Shown: positions 13,125 through 27,164 of the stretch, piece after piece
How positions within the stretch are numbered: position 1 is the stretch's first letter
Layout: every line of letters starts with the position of its first letter
Assembly: GCF_001949145.1 (NCBI RefSeq)
Contig: NW_019091357.1
Location: forward strand, 3,355,078 to 3,419,077
DNA length: 64,000 nt
Direction: 5' to 3'
From: Acanthaster planci
Lineage: Eukaryota
Program-made: the position numbers and the translations under genes
Notes under the pieces: model-generated
What the model was told of the DNA's origin: nothing
What the model saw: the letters and a program-made list of their open reading frames with translations, nothing else
The model's database searches: none

Positions 13125-16100
13125 ATGGACTGCATTCTTTTCCTATTAAAAAGGAACGCCCATTACTGTGTTATAAAAACTTACTAATGCTCATTTTGCA
13201 AAACTTCCCAATCGCCTCTGGCTTTGTAACTCATCTTACTTTTTTGCAACTGTTCAAAAAACAAAATCCCACAAGTTTTTCCTCAAGTTTCTGAAAAACC
13301 TAACGTGGAGGTGGTGTGTGATCCTGTTATAAGAACAGTGTTCTTGGTGTTCCCGCCGTTCGAATGCGAAAACAATTCAAGAATGTCAAAAACAGGCTGC
13401 CTGAACTTTACTCGGCGCCGCTCATCTTGATTCGGATTGAGGGCGCTAGACAGAGGTCATAATGGTTGCAGGCCAGTAAATAAACTGCCATAGCCAACAG
13501 TAAATACCCAAACTTCGAAAAATCAGGATACGTTTCTTAGGCATTCGATCGCGAGATGCACATCAAATTAAAGCCCATGCAGTTTTTTATTTTTTGTTTT
13601 CTTTCAAATTTCTATCCATTCACCAATGACTTTTGAAGATATCTGTTTCCACAGAAGGTCACCCCTAAAGTGCATTAATTTGTGAAGCCCCGCGCCATTT
13701 TGAAATATTGATTGCCTACACTTCTCGAAAAATAGACCGTTTTCAGGCACCGATTTCTTCAAAATCTCACTCAGACGCAAGCTGGTATTCTCTTAGCCAG
13801 CCTAAACCTGTCTTTTCCATAAATCTTCAAGTTCATGGGCCACAAAATGCTCTATTTCGTAGAGAATTTGACTGAATACAAATTGTGATTTGGCCCGCGC
13901 AAGCATTTTTCGGCCTTTTTACTGGACTGTATCCATATCAAACTCAGAGTGCTACCCATCGCATCCAAATGCAAAACGTTCAGCAACTTTTTAGCAAGCA
14001 ACAATAGGCCTACTGCGACCTAGGAATGGACAGTCAAGGATCACTGACGATTTGGAATTCGGTTTTTGTTCAGTGGTAGATTTTGCCGGAGGCCGTGAAA
14101 ATTGAAAAGGAACAGCAAACAGATGGAGGATCATGTTGGGCATACTTTCCAACAGTTTTATTACCCCAACCGGGAAATTTCTTCCTGTGAAAGGTCCGAC
14201 TCACTATACAAAGGTCCTAAACCTTCTCTGGTTTGGAGGAAAGAAAGTGTAGTTTGATGAAGCTACACCTCGCTCCCTGATGCAATGCTTGATATTGTAT
14301 AATCACACCTCCAATTTACCGTATCCGAGTTCCCTGCGCAACAAGTTGTTATGATTGTGTCATGGACTGGGGACCTCAACTTAGCTTCGCCTTGGTCAGT
14401 GCTTTAGCTTTGACAGAACCCACTGAGTGCATCCCCCTTCCCGCAAAATGTACGCAGTTACGTCACTGACTTGGATATCCCGGGCACAGACTTAGAAAGC
14501 TTCCACCTTTTTTGGGGGGGGGGTCACCAGTTGCAGTGAGTTCAGAGTTAAACTTAGGCAAGACTTTGTTTTACGCAGTATGATCCTATGGGCTAAACGG
14601 TTTCACGTCTGTTTGCAGTAGATGCCACCCGTATCATCTATACAAATAACAACCCCATGTGTAAACCCGGCGAGAATCTATTTGATTGCAAATAGAAATA
14701 CAATGTATTAGGTAAGTTGACGTAACGGAAAGCTGGTTTATAGAGAGAGCCTGGCTATTTAATGTCCCAGAGCGTAGCAAAAAGATCTCCTCGAGATAAC
14801 CAACAACTCAAAGAAATTTGAGCCATTTGGGGGAATCATTCTGAGTATAGAGGGAACATTTTTATTTATTCAACTTAATAAATCCATGCCAGAACCGTGC
14901 ATTTGGGAGAATCAAATCTGTGTTAACAAGTGCACCCTGTCCCCAATTATCCAATCCTGGTTTGGCCAAGTTCTTTAAACTTCGTACCCCGTAAAAACGA
15001 ACTGTTCATCTGTCAGCAATCTGCCCCTTACCGGGCAACACTTTTCCGTTTTCGGGATGGAGCGGCAGCGACGTCAAAAATTTCAGTTTTTCCAGTTTCA
15101 CACAGGGCTGCCATGGCCTGCATCGCTCTTCTGAGGGCCTTCTGCATTTCATTAATGTGCTATTGGCTGCACTCGAGATGGAGTGAAGCCTTCCCTAAAT
15201 AAAAGAAAAAGGCCACTTTTCTCTCCAACTATTGTACAGGCATATGTTGTGGCACAGTCTGGTATTTTTGACAATCATACGACAACTCAGTCATGGTCGG
15301 ATGAACCAGTCTATCTGCCACTAAAACCAATATTACCAATATCGAGGCATAAAATAATAGACGTAGCCACAACGCAGAATTCCGTCGCCAAGGTTCGACA
15401 AGGAGGCGGTTTGTTTGTTCACGAGCCTGCATCTCGATCTCTGCCATCGTTCGCCCAAGTAAATTAGACCCTATAAACACGATTTGTAAATGGCCACGCC
15501 AGTGAGCAACTTATTTGGTTCGCAAGCGAAAACAGACAGGTCCAAATATGGCTCCAGCAGTACAGCGTTATTGATAATAATGTAAAACAAAACAGAAATA
15601 AAAAGAAATGACGCAGGTCACTTGTTACATATCTTAATTTTCAGTGACTGCTCTTACCAAAATCATAATTCAACGATAAGTCGAGGGAACTTGGGAAGAA
15701 TTTTTTTATTTCTAAACTATTGCAATCTAAATTCTGGGTGATTTTACTCTAAGCCTAAATCGTACTTGTCCTCAGTTTACAATGTCTGAAAATATCTTAA
15801 TGTTCGGTTTAATTAGATTATGGAAACATAAAGTCGATATCCACCCCGGCTCTGCTTTGAGTTTACGATCTATTCAAGGTTTTATGCCCCTCGTGTTCCG
15901 AATTTATTTGCTTCTATCAGTAAGCGTCCTCAGGCTTCAAGTTATTTACTACACTATAAATATAGTGCAATATCGATGCATGGCTTGCCTCAAAGTTTAA
16001 TTTATTGAGACAAGACATTCATCTTTCAAGTTATTCTGTTTAATCTCTGGACTCGAAACCATGATGAGACAAATCATCGCAAGGTTGAACTGAGGCAGTA

Positions 16101-17288
16101 ACAGAATACATGTACTTCTCTTACATGTTGCATATTTATGTACCATGAACAGTGTACAACTAAACCGTCAAAGGCAACTCGACTGGCGGTACAACACGAA
16201 GCTTGTTAACGCCGGGCTCAGGGTGAGGAGTCGCCGCGACAAAATTTATCATTAAAAATTGTTGAACTTCGGTCATCGGGCATTTCACTGCATGGCTGTT
16301 TTTTGAGATCTGGGGTGTAGTATGGGTTATTAACTTATAAGAACGATAATGATCAGCGAATTCTCGGAGAAGGACGGCCATCGTAAGTGTGGTGCGGCAT
16401 GGACGGCGGTCGGACTTCGGGAAAACCTGGTGAGCATACTTTGCTTTTAACCAAAGAGCCGCAACCGCCCGCTTTAATTTTCAAAACATTTGAAACAAAC
16501 ATACGTTGAGAAGCATTGAGCTTAAAAAACAATTAAGCTGGTAGTGTTTGCCTTTAGGTTGGACGTTTTCCAAGGAGCAGGGATATGGCAAAGCCCATTA
16601 ACTACCGAAACCAACCACCCATGACCAGCAATGTTGTGACAACCCGCGGCGCTATGCGCCTAAACAAAGAAATTCGTTAATTTAAAATTCAAAAGTCCTC
16701 GCGCTAGTAGCCTGGTGACTGCCTTTCAAAAAACACCCGGTAGGCCTACAAAATGGACACCGTGCTCAGGATCGGGGCAAAAGGCTATCCAACTGTTACG
16801 AAAAACATATTTTGAAGGCACATGTGACTGCACGGTGGGGTGGCGGATCCAGTCGAGACCGGTTCCAACTGCCACCCTTTGTTCGCATTTCGTTGTACTT
16901 GCTTACAGCACAAACATGAGACACGGGTACGCGCAAATGTACAGTCATGCATGTACATGTACACGTCCATTGTACATGTACAATGCATTGTCGACTCGGG
17001 AAGCCCTTGGTGATAAGCAGGGTCGGGGAAGCCCTTACCTCAACGTCACATCGATCCAAAGTCCTGATTGGCTGGCACGCGCTCCATCGCCACAACGGGA
17101 TTCCCGTTGCCAATCAGCTGATAGCTGCGCCCCTGCAACTTGCGGAATAATTATGATGCAATCCCACTGTATGTTAAATTTTCTCCTGCTCTTTTGCAAC
17201 CACTGGGCCACCTGCCTCTAAAGTCAATCTATTGTTAGCAGCCTCACATACCAGCCAGTGCTCTCACTCTCTCTCTCTGCCTGCGTTT

Positions 17289-20200
17289 ATGAGTCGCAAA
17301 AAAATCGCCAAAATATCAACAAACATGGATGCCCTCCAGAGAGCAACGGAAAAGCTGAAGAAGCTGATGGAGCTGATCAACGCCAGGTGGGGCTGGGTGG
17401 TGACACTCTCAGCCTTTTTCATCTTCTTAACGTGCTTTGGTACGCTCTACTCTTTTGGCATCTTACTCATTGAATTACAGGAGGAGTTCGGAAGCGGGGC
17501 GTCCGAGACATGTAAGTGTTAAAAAAATTATGGTCTTAGAACCTGTGTGTTTCAATGTTTGTGTGGATCAGATTCATTTTGAATCTCCGGATTTGTATCA
17601 TTCAAAATGACAAAATTGAGTTTTGGTGGCTAAGCCCATGCTGAGACCGTGAACTTGAAGATATATAACTTGCCAGGCCTTGCCTGTCTTATCTTATAAT
17701 AAAAGCTTTAAGTTGAGCCTTTTGTGTTTAGAAAATTCAACTCATCAACTTTTCTTCTGTGACAAATATTGAGATGACGGATTGAGAACAGGTGTTATTG
17801 TGGTACATAGTGACTGAGGCATATTGCCCAGCCTCTCAATATACCTTTCGCGGCCTTACTGATCGTTTTGCACTTAACGACATGCACGATGCATTGCGCA
17901 ACTACCAGCAATAAAGTTTCATTTGCACTCCTGCTGTTTAACATTCTATTCAGCAAAATACGCTTCAAATTGACACATCCATTATACATATAGTCTAACA
18001 ATGCTCCAAAAATTAACTTATAATCAGCATTTTTGTATAATCTAAATAATCAACCGGCTTTTATTCGAGCAGTGTAAGACCACAAGTAGACATGCCTGAC
18101 GTATGACTCTCCTGCATTACGAAACTACAGTTCGCAACACGCGCATATGTTACTTTCAGTTTTGCTATCTCAGCTTCGTCCAACCTAGGCTAGCGGTTTA
18201 CCGTAATGTTGTCGAGCGCCCAGGCATGCATTATTATAGTCGTCACGGGCTAAGTTGCCTACCGGTCTGCGGTTTTGCGGTTATTGTCTCGTGACCGGCA
18301 AGACTGGTCTTGGGCCGCACCCGTCACCCATAATCAGCCGAGTTTTGTGCACAGCTACCCCGAACTGTCAGGATCACGGTCAGGTCGGACCACCGCTCGT
18401 ATAATCGGCGTGATGGAATCCCAGAATCCTCGCCCCAAATCACTCAATCTCATGTGTTCCTCGTTAGGAGGATGTTTTTGGGACATGTTTAGTAAAGTTC
18501 CACCGCGGTGAATTTTGCTTGCCCTGTCTCTGAACCGACGTCCCAGTGATTCTTAAATTAAGTTTTTTTGAGAATCCCCATGAACCTATGAAAGAGATCA
18601 TCGATGTCGGAAAGAGAAATGAAAACAAGCAGCATGTGGGATGGTTTCACATGGTGAAACATGATTTTTCTCAAAACAAAAAAGGACCTATTTGAAATTT
18701 TTGACTAATGGGAGAGTTTGATGAAGGAGTAAAAAAGGCCTTACTGAACCCAAACATCAGTGTGCTTGTTTGTGATGCCTGTTGATCATTGATTCTGAAC
18801 AACTAAATATCAACAGACTAGCAAAACCAAAGGGATCAAAATACAAGCCAAATATAATACTTTCCTGCCAACAATTAGGACCGATTTATCATCCACGAGA
18901 CGGTGCGTGCCGTCCGTAGATCGCCCGATATAACGCCGTTTCGTAACCTGTCTCAAGGAAATGAATTATTCATGGCGCCCTCTTTGTTACTCTACCAGTC
19001 AGGATACCAATTTGCATACAAAGACCCCTCTCTGCGCTCCTCACGGCATGCATTGTTCCCCGCGTGTATGTTTACTTTCAAAAGTTTATTTTACCTCTGG
19101 TTGGGAGGTTGCCTTTAACCACCGAAACAAATCGACCGTTGCAATGTTTATACATGTACATTGTCGTTAACGACAGCGTAAAATATGCACGAACCAACAT
19201 TGTCACCTATATTTGTAATATTTTTTCTTGTGGAAAAAAATATCTGTACCGGCACCAATCAGACATTGCATGGAAAAAAATAAGAATATTCTATACGAAA
19301 GAGCTGTTAACGTGTTCAACTTGGGCCACCCTTCGAGCATACAAGGCTGCACATGACACTGGCTAAATCTCATGCATGTTTGTGTCCACGTCCGTTCACT
19401 TTCCGCATAAACTAACCTTTTGCCGCGTTTCACCCTCTCCGCATGGCACGCATTCGGATTGGAGCCGCTTTGTATGAAAACCCCGTAAGCGGAAGGGCGC
19501 CTAACACATCGCTCAATTGCTGTTTGCGCACCGCTGAAATGGACCACTTTTCCTGAGAGAGAGGCTTTAAACTTTCCCAATAGTTTTGTTCTGTAAGCCA
19601 TGGCGGCTTTCAATAGGTTGAAGAGAATTGGGCAGTTCGATTGGTTGACTTGTCGCTCTAATTTACTTTTTGATTCCGAACCGTGTAGGTTCGTCAAATG
19701 TACTGAATTACTTTAATTATAATATAAAATGAAATCGTTAATTTACAGTGATCTCAAAACTAATCATAGATGCATTAAATCTTTTGAGAGATTTAATCAC
19801 TATCCTTGATCGATCTAGATAAATTGATTAAAGATTAACATTTTACTAATTGTTAAATTGGGAATCAGTCGATCGAGTGAATGATCGATTGAATACAGAG
19901 CTAGGTTAGCCTGATGAATTGACTTAGGTTAGGTTTGATGAATTGACTGCTTTTTACATGTTTTACTTCATTGCAGCATGGATTGGTTCGATCGCCATCG
20001 GTCTCCACGCCTTGGGGACCTTCGTCTCGAGTGCTCTCGTCCGGCGCTTCGACAACCGGCCGGTGGCCATCGCCGGCATCTTCCTGTGCTTCGGCAGCGT
20101 CATCGTGACGTCACTCATGCCTCTGCTGGAGGTTCTGTACTTCACATTTGGCGTTGTCTACGGCGTGGGCATCAACTTCATCGTCATCTCCTCCATCAAC

Positions 20201-23200
20201 CTCATCCTCCGCTACTTTCCGACCAAGAATTGCTCGCGAGCGACCGGTGTGGCTCTCACCGGCTCCACAGTAGGTGAGCTGAACAAAACATGTCTTTCTT
20301 TTCCTTATATCTTTTTAAAGACTCATTCATTTTTTATGTTTCTGTCTCATTTAAGCTGGGGCAAGTGTACTAACAACACGTCAACAGTTTTCGTTCGCGT
20401 TCCTTTACCAATCAGTCACTCATACTGTTCCATTATAACTTTTAGTTCGGACACCATGCAGTCTCATCATTTCCATTTCAGGAAAGAAAAGTTTGGGAAA
20501 AGCAAGGTGTGATGAATTCGTTCAGAAAATTCCGAGAACACAGACTGAAGATTAATTTTTAGTACCTGAGATAAAGGGTAATACTTTGCTTGGGTTTTCT
20601 AAGTGCACTAAGGCTTAAGTTGTATGACAAAAGGAAGATTTCTCTTTATGGGAACCCGTCCTTTTTAATGCTTTGGAGTTGATGAGGTAGCCAAACCATT
20701 CTGGAAAGTTTATGCATACGTGGGTTATCACTAAGAACCATTGGCATAACGCTGCAAAAACTGTGGGCGTTGCATCAAATTGGTTTTGAGTTAACACCCT
20801 CGGTGCACCTATAGAGCAATGCCAGTCCAGTGTTGTCCTTTAGGAACACTGAGGGTGTTAAATCAACACGAATCTAGCACCACAGTTTTTGCAGTGCATG
20901 AGGTGGCGGTCATTTTTTGCCATGGGATTCAGGTTGAAATTAACACGGATTGAAAGCACCCTTTTTACAGGCAGGGGGACAGCCAATCAAGTTTGGTTAC
21001 ACGAGAGGCGCAGGAATCCACCAATTTGTAACTCCTGAGTTTTAAAAATGAATAGCGACTGACAGATAAGAGCTTTGTGAACAAACATAACATCATGTAA
21101 GATGAAAAGATTGCTCGAGAATTACGTTTAAATAACGAGCATCAGTCGGAATACAATTCACGAAATGGTCGAAGTCTGCAGGTGTTTATTGCGTCCTTTG
21201 TAGATTTTTGCGTGTTCAGATTAGTGCTAACTTTTGTTTGCCAAGGGTTGATTTTAACGACTTTATTTTATCACCTGTATTTGAGAAACATCTGTGACGA
21301 GGGCAGCGGGTCCTTGAACCCTGATATCACAGAGTCCAATCTAAATCCGGTCTGAAACCAATGGAACAGAAAATACCTCTCAAAATAGTTTACGGAGTCG
21401 ATATCATAAAAGATGACTAAGATGATGCGATAAAGGTTAAATAGTTTTCTCTGAACTATTTTCCAACCAGCAAAGTTAGTAGTTGTAAACCCCATGAAAA
21501 AAGGTATTTTATTTTTGAACATCACTCGTTGGAAATCATTGCATTCGAGGAAAGTAAAGCGTAAGAAGCGTAGGCTACTTTTCGTAAATTCTCTCAATTT
21601 TATATAGTTGGTGCCTTCTTTGTGAATATTTAATTTTAAGAAGTAGGACTTATCTTTGTAAAAAGATATTTCATTATCAGTGTAATTTCGTTTTCGTAGA
21701 TGTGGAAAATAAATAATTAATTTTGCGTTATGTCCCCTTTACTTTCCTCTCTTTACGTTCTCTTCCACTCTGCGGTCATTGTGCTGATTGCCGGGCCGTA
21801 ATTTTGCATGTCAGTTTTCAGGCCTTCAAAAGTTTGGTTGTACAAAGGCAAAGCGGTGTCTTTACTGCTTGTAATTTCATCACCTGCACGAACCAGTGGA
21901 TGATGAAAAGATAGATATACCAGAACACTATCTAATATTTCTCTTTTATATCGTTCAATCTCCACATATCTGCTAGAGCCCCATTGCTTCTTAATAGCAT
22001 GGGTGTCTCTGGCAGCCTAGATTCTCCCCGAAGACGGAGACTACGACACGGTAAGATATGCAGGCTACCAATTACAAGGGGCCGCCAGAAGAACCTAGAT
22101 GGGTTGTCAAGACTAGACGCATGTCCATCCAGCACGGACCCAAGACTGACGAATGTAGACGCAGGAGAGTCTCTCTTCATTCAGACGAGTTGCTAGACGT
22201 CAAGAGGAACCCAGGACTTATAATGACGACTATCTTCGTGGATCTCACGTCTATGGCTCCGAAAAACGTGAAGAGGTTAATGGCAACCTGTTGGAGTCGT
22301 CTGAACATCCGCAGATCCGGCTTGTAGAATTCAGCAGAACCTCAGTACGCTACAGAAACCTGACGAAACTGGGAGAGATCATCCCATCACTCAACCATCA
22401 ATCCATTTCCATGATTCCAACAGTTATCTGTGCGTTTCCCGTTACTCGAGAAGAAAACCACATGACTCCTGTTTGTTTTAAAGAGAAGTATAACACTGGT
22501 ATGTATCACGTAAGGTAAACCGTACCAATGTAACCCATGTGTTAAACTAACCCACTCTGTTTTCCCCGTTTTAGCTTGCCGTGGTGCCGGTATCACAGTG
22601 ATACTTTGATCATGCAGCATGGATTTCGTGCTCTTTTGGCATGACTGGTGCATAAGCATGGTTATGCCTGCGCATCCCGAATGTGGTCCCCGATGCTGGG
22701 GGAGAGACGGGCACCAGTTGTTCAAAACTCATTGGCTTCTCTCCGATTTGACTTGCTGTTGTGCAGGTATGCTGGTCATGAATCAAGTTGTGCATCACCT
22801 CATCGTCGCGTGGGGCTGGCGGAATATGCTCCGCGTGGTCGGGGCGATTCTCCTGATCGTCTCCGTGCCGTGTGTCAGCACTTACTCCCAGCCGTCCTCC
22901 AAGAACCTGGTCCTGGCGGACTCCATAGCCCCTCTCGAGGAGGGAGAGGGGAAGGAGAAGGAAGGGGTGGATGAGGAGAAGAAAGCCCTGGAGGAGGAGA
23001 AGCAGAGGCTCAAGGAGAAAGAGGCCGAAGCTGAGGAAGATGAGGCGAAGCCGAGCAGATGCGAGCGGCTCCGCAACATGGCATATCCTGAGCTCTGGTT
23101 TCTCTCAGTCGGCATCATGGGATGCTGCATGACACTCACATTTTACTACGTCAGTATGGTAAGCTGATTTCTTCTGTGGATTTGTTCTGCATGGCTAACA

Positions 23201-24848
23201 ATGTTTAATTAGTTATAATCAATTGAAGCAAGCTCAGCTTAATAATGTGAAATAATCCACCTTGAGCAGAAGCAACCACTCATCGGTTGAAAAAAGCCAT
23301 GTTGGTCGGGAAGATTCATTTTGATGGTCGCGGCGCGACCGTAATGCGTGCATTTCATAGTCGTTCGTGAACCAGCGAAGTGATCAGTTCCTACCAAAGG
23401 AGCGTCCATTGCAAAGAAAATGGTATCCTCTGTTGGCCCAGCTCGAAATTCTTAATGATCCGGGTACATGATACAGGCCTGGTCTCCTGAGGGATTAAAA
23501 GGTGCCTCCGTTCGTTGATGTGCAAATGATGCTCAAGCGCCCCGATTGTTTTTCCTAGGCATTTATGATGATAATACTTTCTTTCGTTTCGTAGATGAGC
23601 TTCATGACAACTAAAGGCTTCGACAAATCGGACAGTACCCTCTTCATGATGGTGCTAGCCATTGCAGAGGTCGTGGGCAAGGTCATCATCGCGGCCGTTG
23701 CCGACAGCCTGCCGTTCCCGAAGCTCTACCTGTTTGTCTTGGCTAGCCTCCTCGGCGTCGTCGTCATGGTGGTGCTCCTTTTCGCCACTTCACTCGGGCT
23801 GATGCTCGGCCTTGCAGTCGGTAAGTGAACGGCCGGTATTGGAGACTGTAGTGGAATCGATTTCAGAATGTGAATAGCCGTATACTCAACGTACACATAG
23901 AAAAGCCACAAAAAATTTTAAAGTACTTGTCAGAAATTCATGCAAGGAGATGGGGAACCTGCCAAGTGGCAGTTTTTGCCCCCCCCCCGCAACGAGACTC
24001 TTCTGACTACGGTGCTGTGGTAGAGCAAGCACATCAACAAGAGGATGATGTCATGTATTTGGAATGTTCTTAATGCCAATTTTATACTCATTTCCACGAT
24101 TTTCTTTTTGTTTCCTCCTCTCATTTCAGCCTCTCTTATATACTAACCCCTCTTTTCCCCACAGTTTGTGGACTGCTCGTCATGTCGGTCTTCGACACCT
24201 TGCCGTTCTCCATCTGTGTGGAGGTATTCGGCTCGACCAGGGGGTTGGACACGTCCTCGGTTGTCATCATCATGAATGGCGTGGGCCTCATCCTCGGCTC
24301 CTTACTCGGTGAGGACACGTTGCGTCTCTGCACGGGATTTGGGATCTTTGTAGTGGATGAACTGAGCCTTATTTGTCGAAAAAATGTTGACAAAATTCGC
24401 TTCCGTGAATCCAAATTTAACAATGAATGGTCGGTTGTACTGGAACAAACGTTTGTCCAATTTCGGGCGAATTGCTGAAAAGGGCAGACAGTCGAAAACG
24501 AGCAAAGTCGAGTGTTTGAATTAGATAAGCTACTATGGATGGTGTAAAAAGATTCGCATGACAACAAACTTGCAATGACTTCCTCCCTTGTCTCCAGGCA
24601 TGAGCGTTGACCGCACAGGCAACTACGACTCTGCCATCTTTGCCAGCGTCGGCATCTACTGCTTCTCCATCTTGCTCTTCCTCGCTGTGCCCATCTACCA
24701 GAGGCTCTTCGCCAAGGAGCGGTACGTCATGGTCCGGAACAGACGCAAAGCCCTCCTCCTGGTGGCAGACGGACCGGAGCGGACCTTTGCCCCGTCGCTG
24801 CTCCCCTCGCCAGAGTACATTTACCTGGACATCGTCAGTGTCGTATAA
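17289..24848 (+). CDS. SLC16/MCT-like MFS transporter, paralog A (6 exons, 510 aa)
   Basis: Exons 17289-17511, 19977-20273, 22767-23158, 23595-23820, 24165-24308, 24598-24848. All GT-AG, phases compatible, total 1533 nt. MCT-type motifs: RWGWVV, SETSWIGSI, YFPTKNCSRATG, WGWRNMLR, acidic central loop, VDRTGNYD. Perfect TACTAAC branch point at 24141. Alternative ATG at 17325. Confidence 0.9.
20751..20896. mobile_element. Palindromic MITE (CTGCAAAAA...TTTTTGCAG type)
   Basis: CTGCAAAAACTGTGG / CCACAGTTTTTGCAG and TTAACACCCTCGGTG / CACTGAGGGTGTTAA inverted pairs. Related element at 53958-54087. Confidence 0.7.
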
Positions 24849-25071
24849 CAGGGCGCAGGAATAACGGACAACAGATTTAGAGAGACTAAACATTTTTTTA
24901 ATCGGCAATGAATTTTTAGGTGTATGCGTACGCGTGTGTGAAAAGGGAGAAAAGGATGTGGTCAAATTTTCTTCTCGGACCGTAAAATGGTGTCGCTGGA
25001 AATTTGGAGAGTGCTTAAACAATAAGAGTGTGAATAATGCTACATATTGTGGAAAGTAAAAGCGGTTGCAG

Positions 25072-25246
25072 AATACGGGCTATTCGCAATAGTGCGCCTC
25101 CAAGAGTTTGCAACGCGTTAACCAATCACAGAGTGCGAAGTCTGTCGACCCTTCCCACATGCGCATTGGGTCGACAGATTTCGTGCAATGTGATTGGTCA
25201 ACGCGTTGCAAACTCGTGAAGGCGCACTATTGTGAAACGCCCGTAT
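25072..25246. mobile_element. Palindromic MITE family X, copy 2 (opposite orientation; in the probable 3' UTR of transporter A)
   Basis: Same arms as 12950-13124; the asymmetric centre is the reverse complement of copy 1. Confidence 0.8.
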
Positions 25247-26556
25247 ACGGTATGGTGTGAGTGTTGTGAATAAAATACGGGAGGCAATGAGAGGTTTCCA
25301 AAGAAAGAATAGAAGGTACGGTGTACTTGTTGAGACGCTATAAAAACACATTACGAGGCCAAAATGAAGCTGGTGTTGATACTATTGGAGATTGGTACAA
25401 ATTTGACAGAAACAACCAGTAAGTGTGCCTCAGTTGGAGACAGAAACACTTTGCTGAATTTCACACACGAACCTTGCCATACTTAAACTTGTTCATGAAG
25501 CTGTGAAGCCCTCGATGAGAATGTGTGTTGCGCAGTTGATAGTTATGTGTGTGTGGAAGTACAATGATTTTTTTCAAATGACTGCTTGGGTTTTTCACGC
25601 TGGCTGCTATTTTGTTGGATTTTAATTTGACAAAGCACTAACAAATGAGTGCTTAAATTCCATTAAATATTAAAAAACTCAAGATTTTGAGGTGCGGGAT
25701 TTTCTTCTGCGTGTTTGCTCTAAAAGGATAAATTTTGGATGGATCTGCACACGAGAAAAGAGGAAAGCAGTCAGTTATTCAAAAGAAATGGATGCAGATG
25801 GTTGCATGCTAAAGTGGAAAGACGAACTCATCTTGGTGCAGCTTATCCTACATAGGCATATTAATTTTTTTAAAATATATTTATTGTTTCAGTGAAAAGA
25901 GTTTTTTGTAGTTCTGTACAAGTTGAAGAAGGAGAAAAATAACTGTAATATCACTTCAAATCATTTCAATTATAGCTTAAGTGCGCTGTGTGTAACTGGA
26001 TGTGAGGTTACACATTGTCACGCTTTCCAAAATGACTTTCATTTGTTGTTAATGGCGTGTTGTGTAAAACTTGTCAACAGTTTGCCAATATGGTTGAATA
26101 CTTGGAATGAACCAAAAAGTGAATTTATCAATGCTTGAAAATGAAGGTTTTATAAACAAAAATTCTCAGACACTCTATTATCGACCTATGAATGTTGTAC
26201 GTCTGTGCTGTCCGTTAATTCATTTTAAAATATTGTTTATGTCCTTTTTATAAACTGTTAAAGAAACCTTTTGTGGTTTTGAAAGCAGAGCCCCACGCAA
26301 AATATTATTGGCAACAGAATGCAACTTTGTATTATATATTTATTTTTTGGATTCCTGCATTCTGCAGATATAATAACGCTATCAACTCTTTGCTCCGATT
26401 TTCGAAACCATTTCGTGTAATTTGTCTGGAGGATGAATTTGTTTGGAAGTATTTTCATATGCTCTTTGCTTCAACTTCCATTAAAGCCCGATGGTATTTT
26501 GCGTGGAGCCCTGACAAAAGTATTAAAGCTGTGGTACTTCTCTTTGATATTTTGTA

Positions 26557-26562
26557 AATAAA
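26557..26562 (+). terminator. Candidate polyadenylation signal of transporter A
   Basis: AATAAA followed by a GT-rich downstream element (TTTCTGTGTGTGTTTTG). Confidence 0.4.
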
Positions 26563-27145
26563 AGAGATATTTATTTATATTTCTGTGTGTGTTTTGCATA
26601 CTTTGGTGATGACTCTGTAACCTGGTGATACACGTTTAGAGTACCAGGGAGGTGTCGTGTTGATAAGCCCCAGGGACGAGAGTGGCGGAGGCAGCCCAAC
26701 TTGCACTTTCTCGCTTTCGAAGTTGCGCCATGTGCACTTACTTACGATTGGCCCAGAACTGAACTTGAGAAACCAGCAGGAGAGCGGGGTTTGGCAGCTG
26801 GGTTGGGGGTCGTTCAAGGTGGGTCACCGCTGTGCAGAGTACTACCATGACAAGCACTGTTCTCATATACGGTGCCATTTCTAGTTGAGTGACACCTCTG
26901 CCACAAACAGTGGAATCGTATTTTAAAAAATATACGCCTTCAGTTCATAGTATGCCGGAAAATATGAATTTTTCTTTCTTTTTTTTCATAAGCCTTACTT
27001 TTCTATAACCATCTTCGAAAGATCACAACGGTGGCCAGTTGAAGTACGAAGCGGAAAGAGTATATTTCAGAAACAATCTTTACAGACTTCAGAGATGATT
27101 ACTTGAATATGAAATTGCCGAGGCGACGATGTGGTCGTTCATTCT

Positions 27146-27164
27146 CAGCCACAAGGTGGCGCTG
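27146..27164 (+). promoter_or_regulatory. CTCF-like motif between the two transporter genes
   Basis: CAGCCACAAGGTGGCGCTG closely matches the CTCF core consensus CCACYAGRKGGCRS. Confidence 0.4.

Noticed and set aside
12630..13294. Several overlapping 77-171 aa ORFs
   Set aside because: They coincide with two palindromic MITEs; no protein-like features.
14197..14208. CGACTCACTATA, part of the T7 promoter
   Set aside because: Only 12 nt match, lacking TAATA and the downstream GG, with no other vector sequence; treated as chance.
24417..25022. 201-aa minus-strand ORF
   Set aside because: Antisense shadow of transporter A exon 6.
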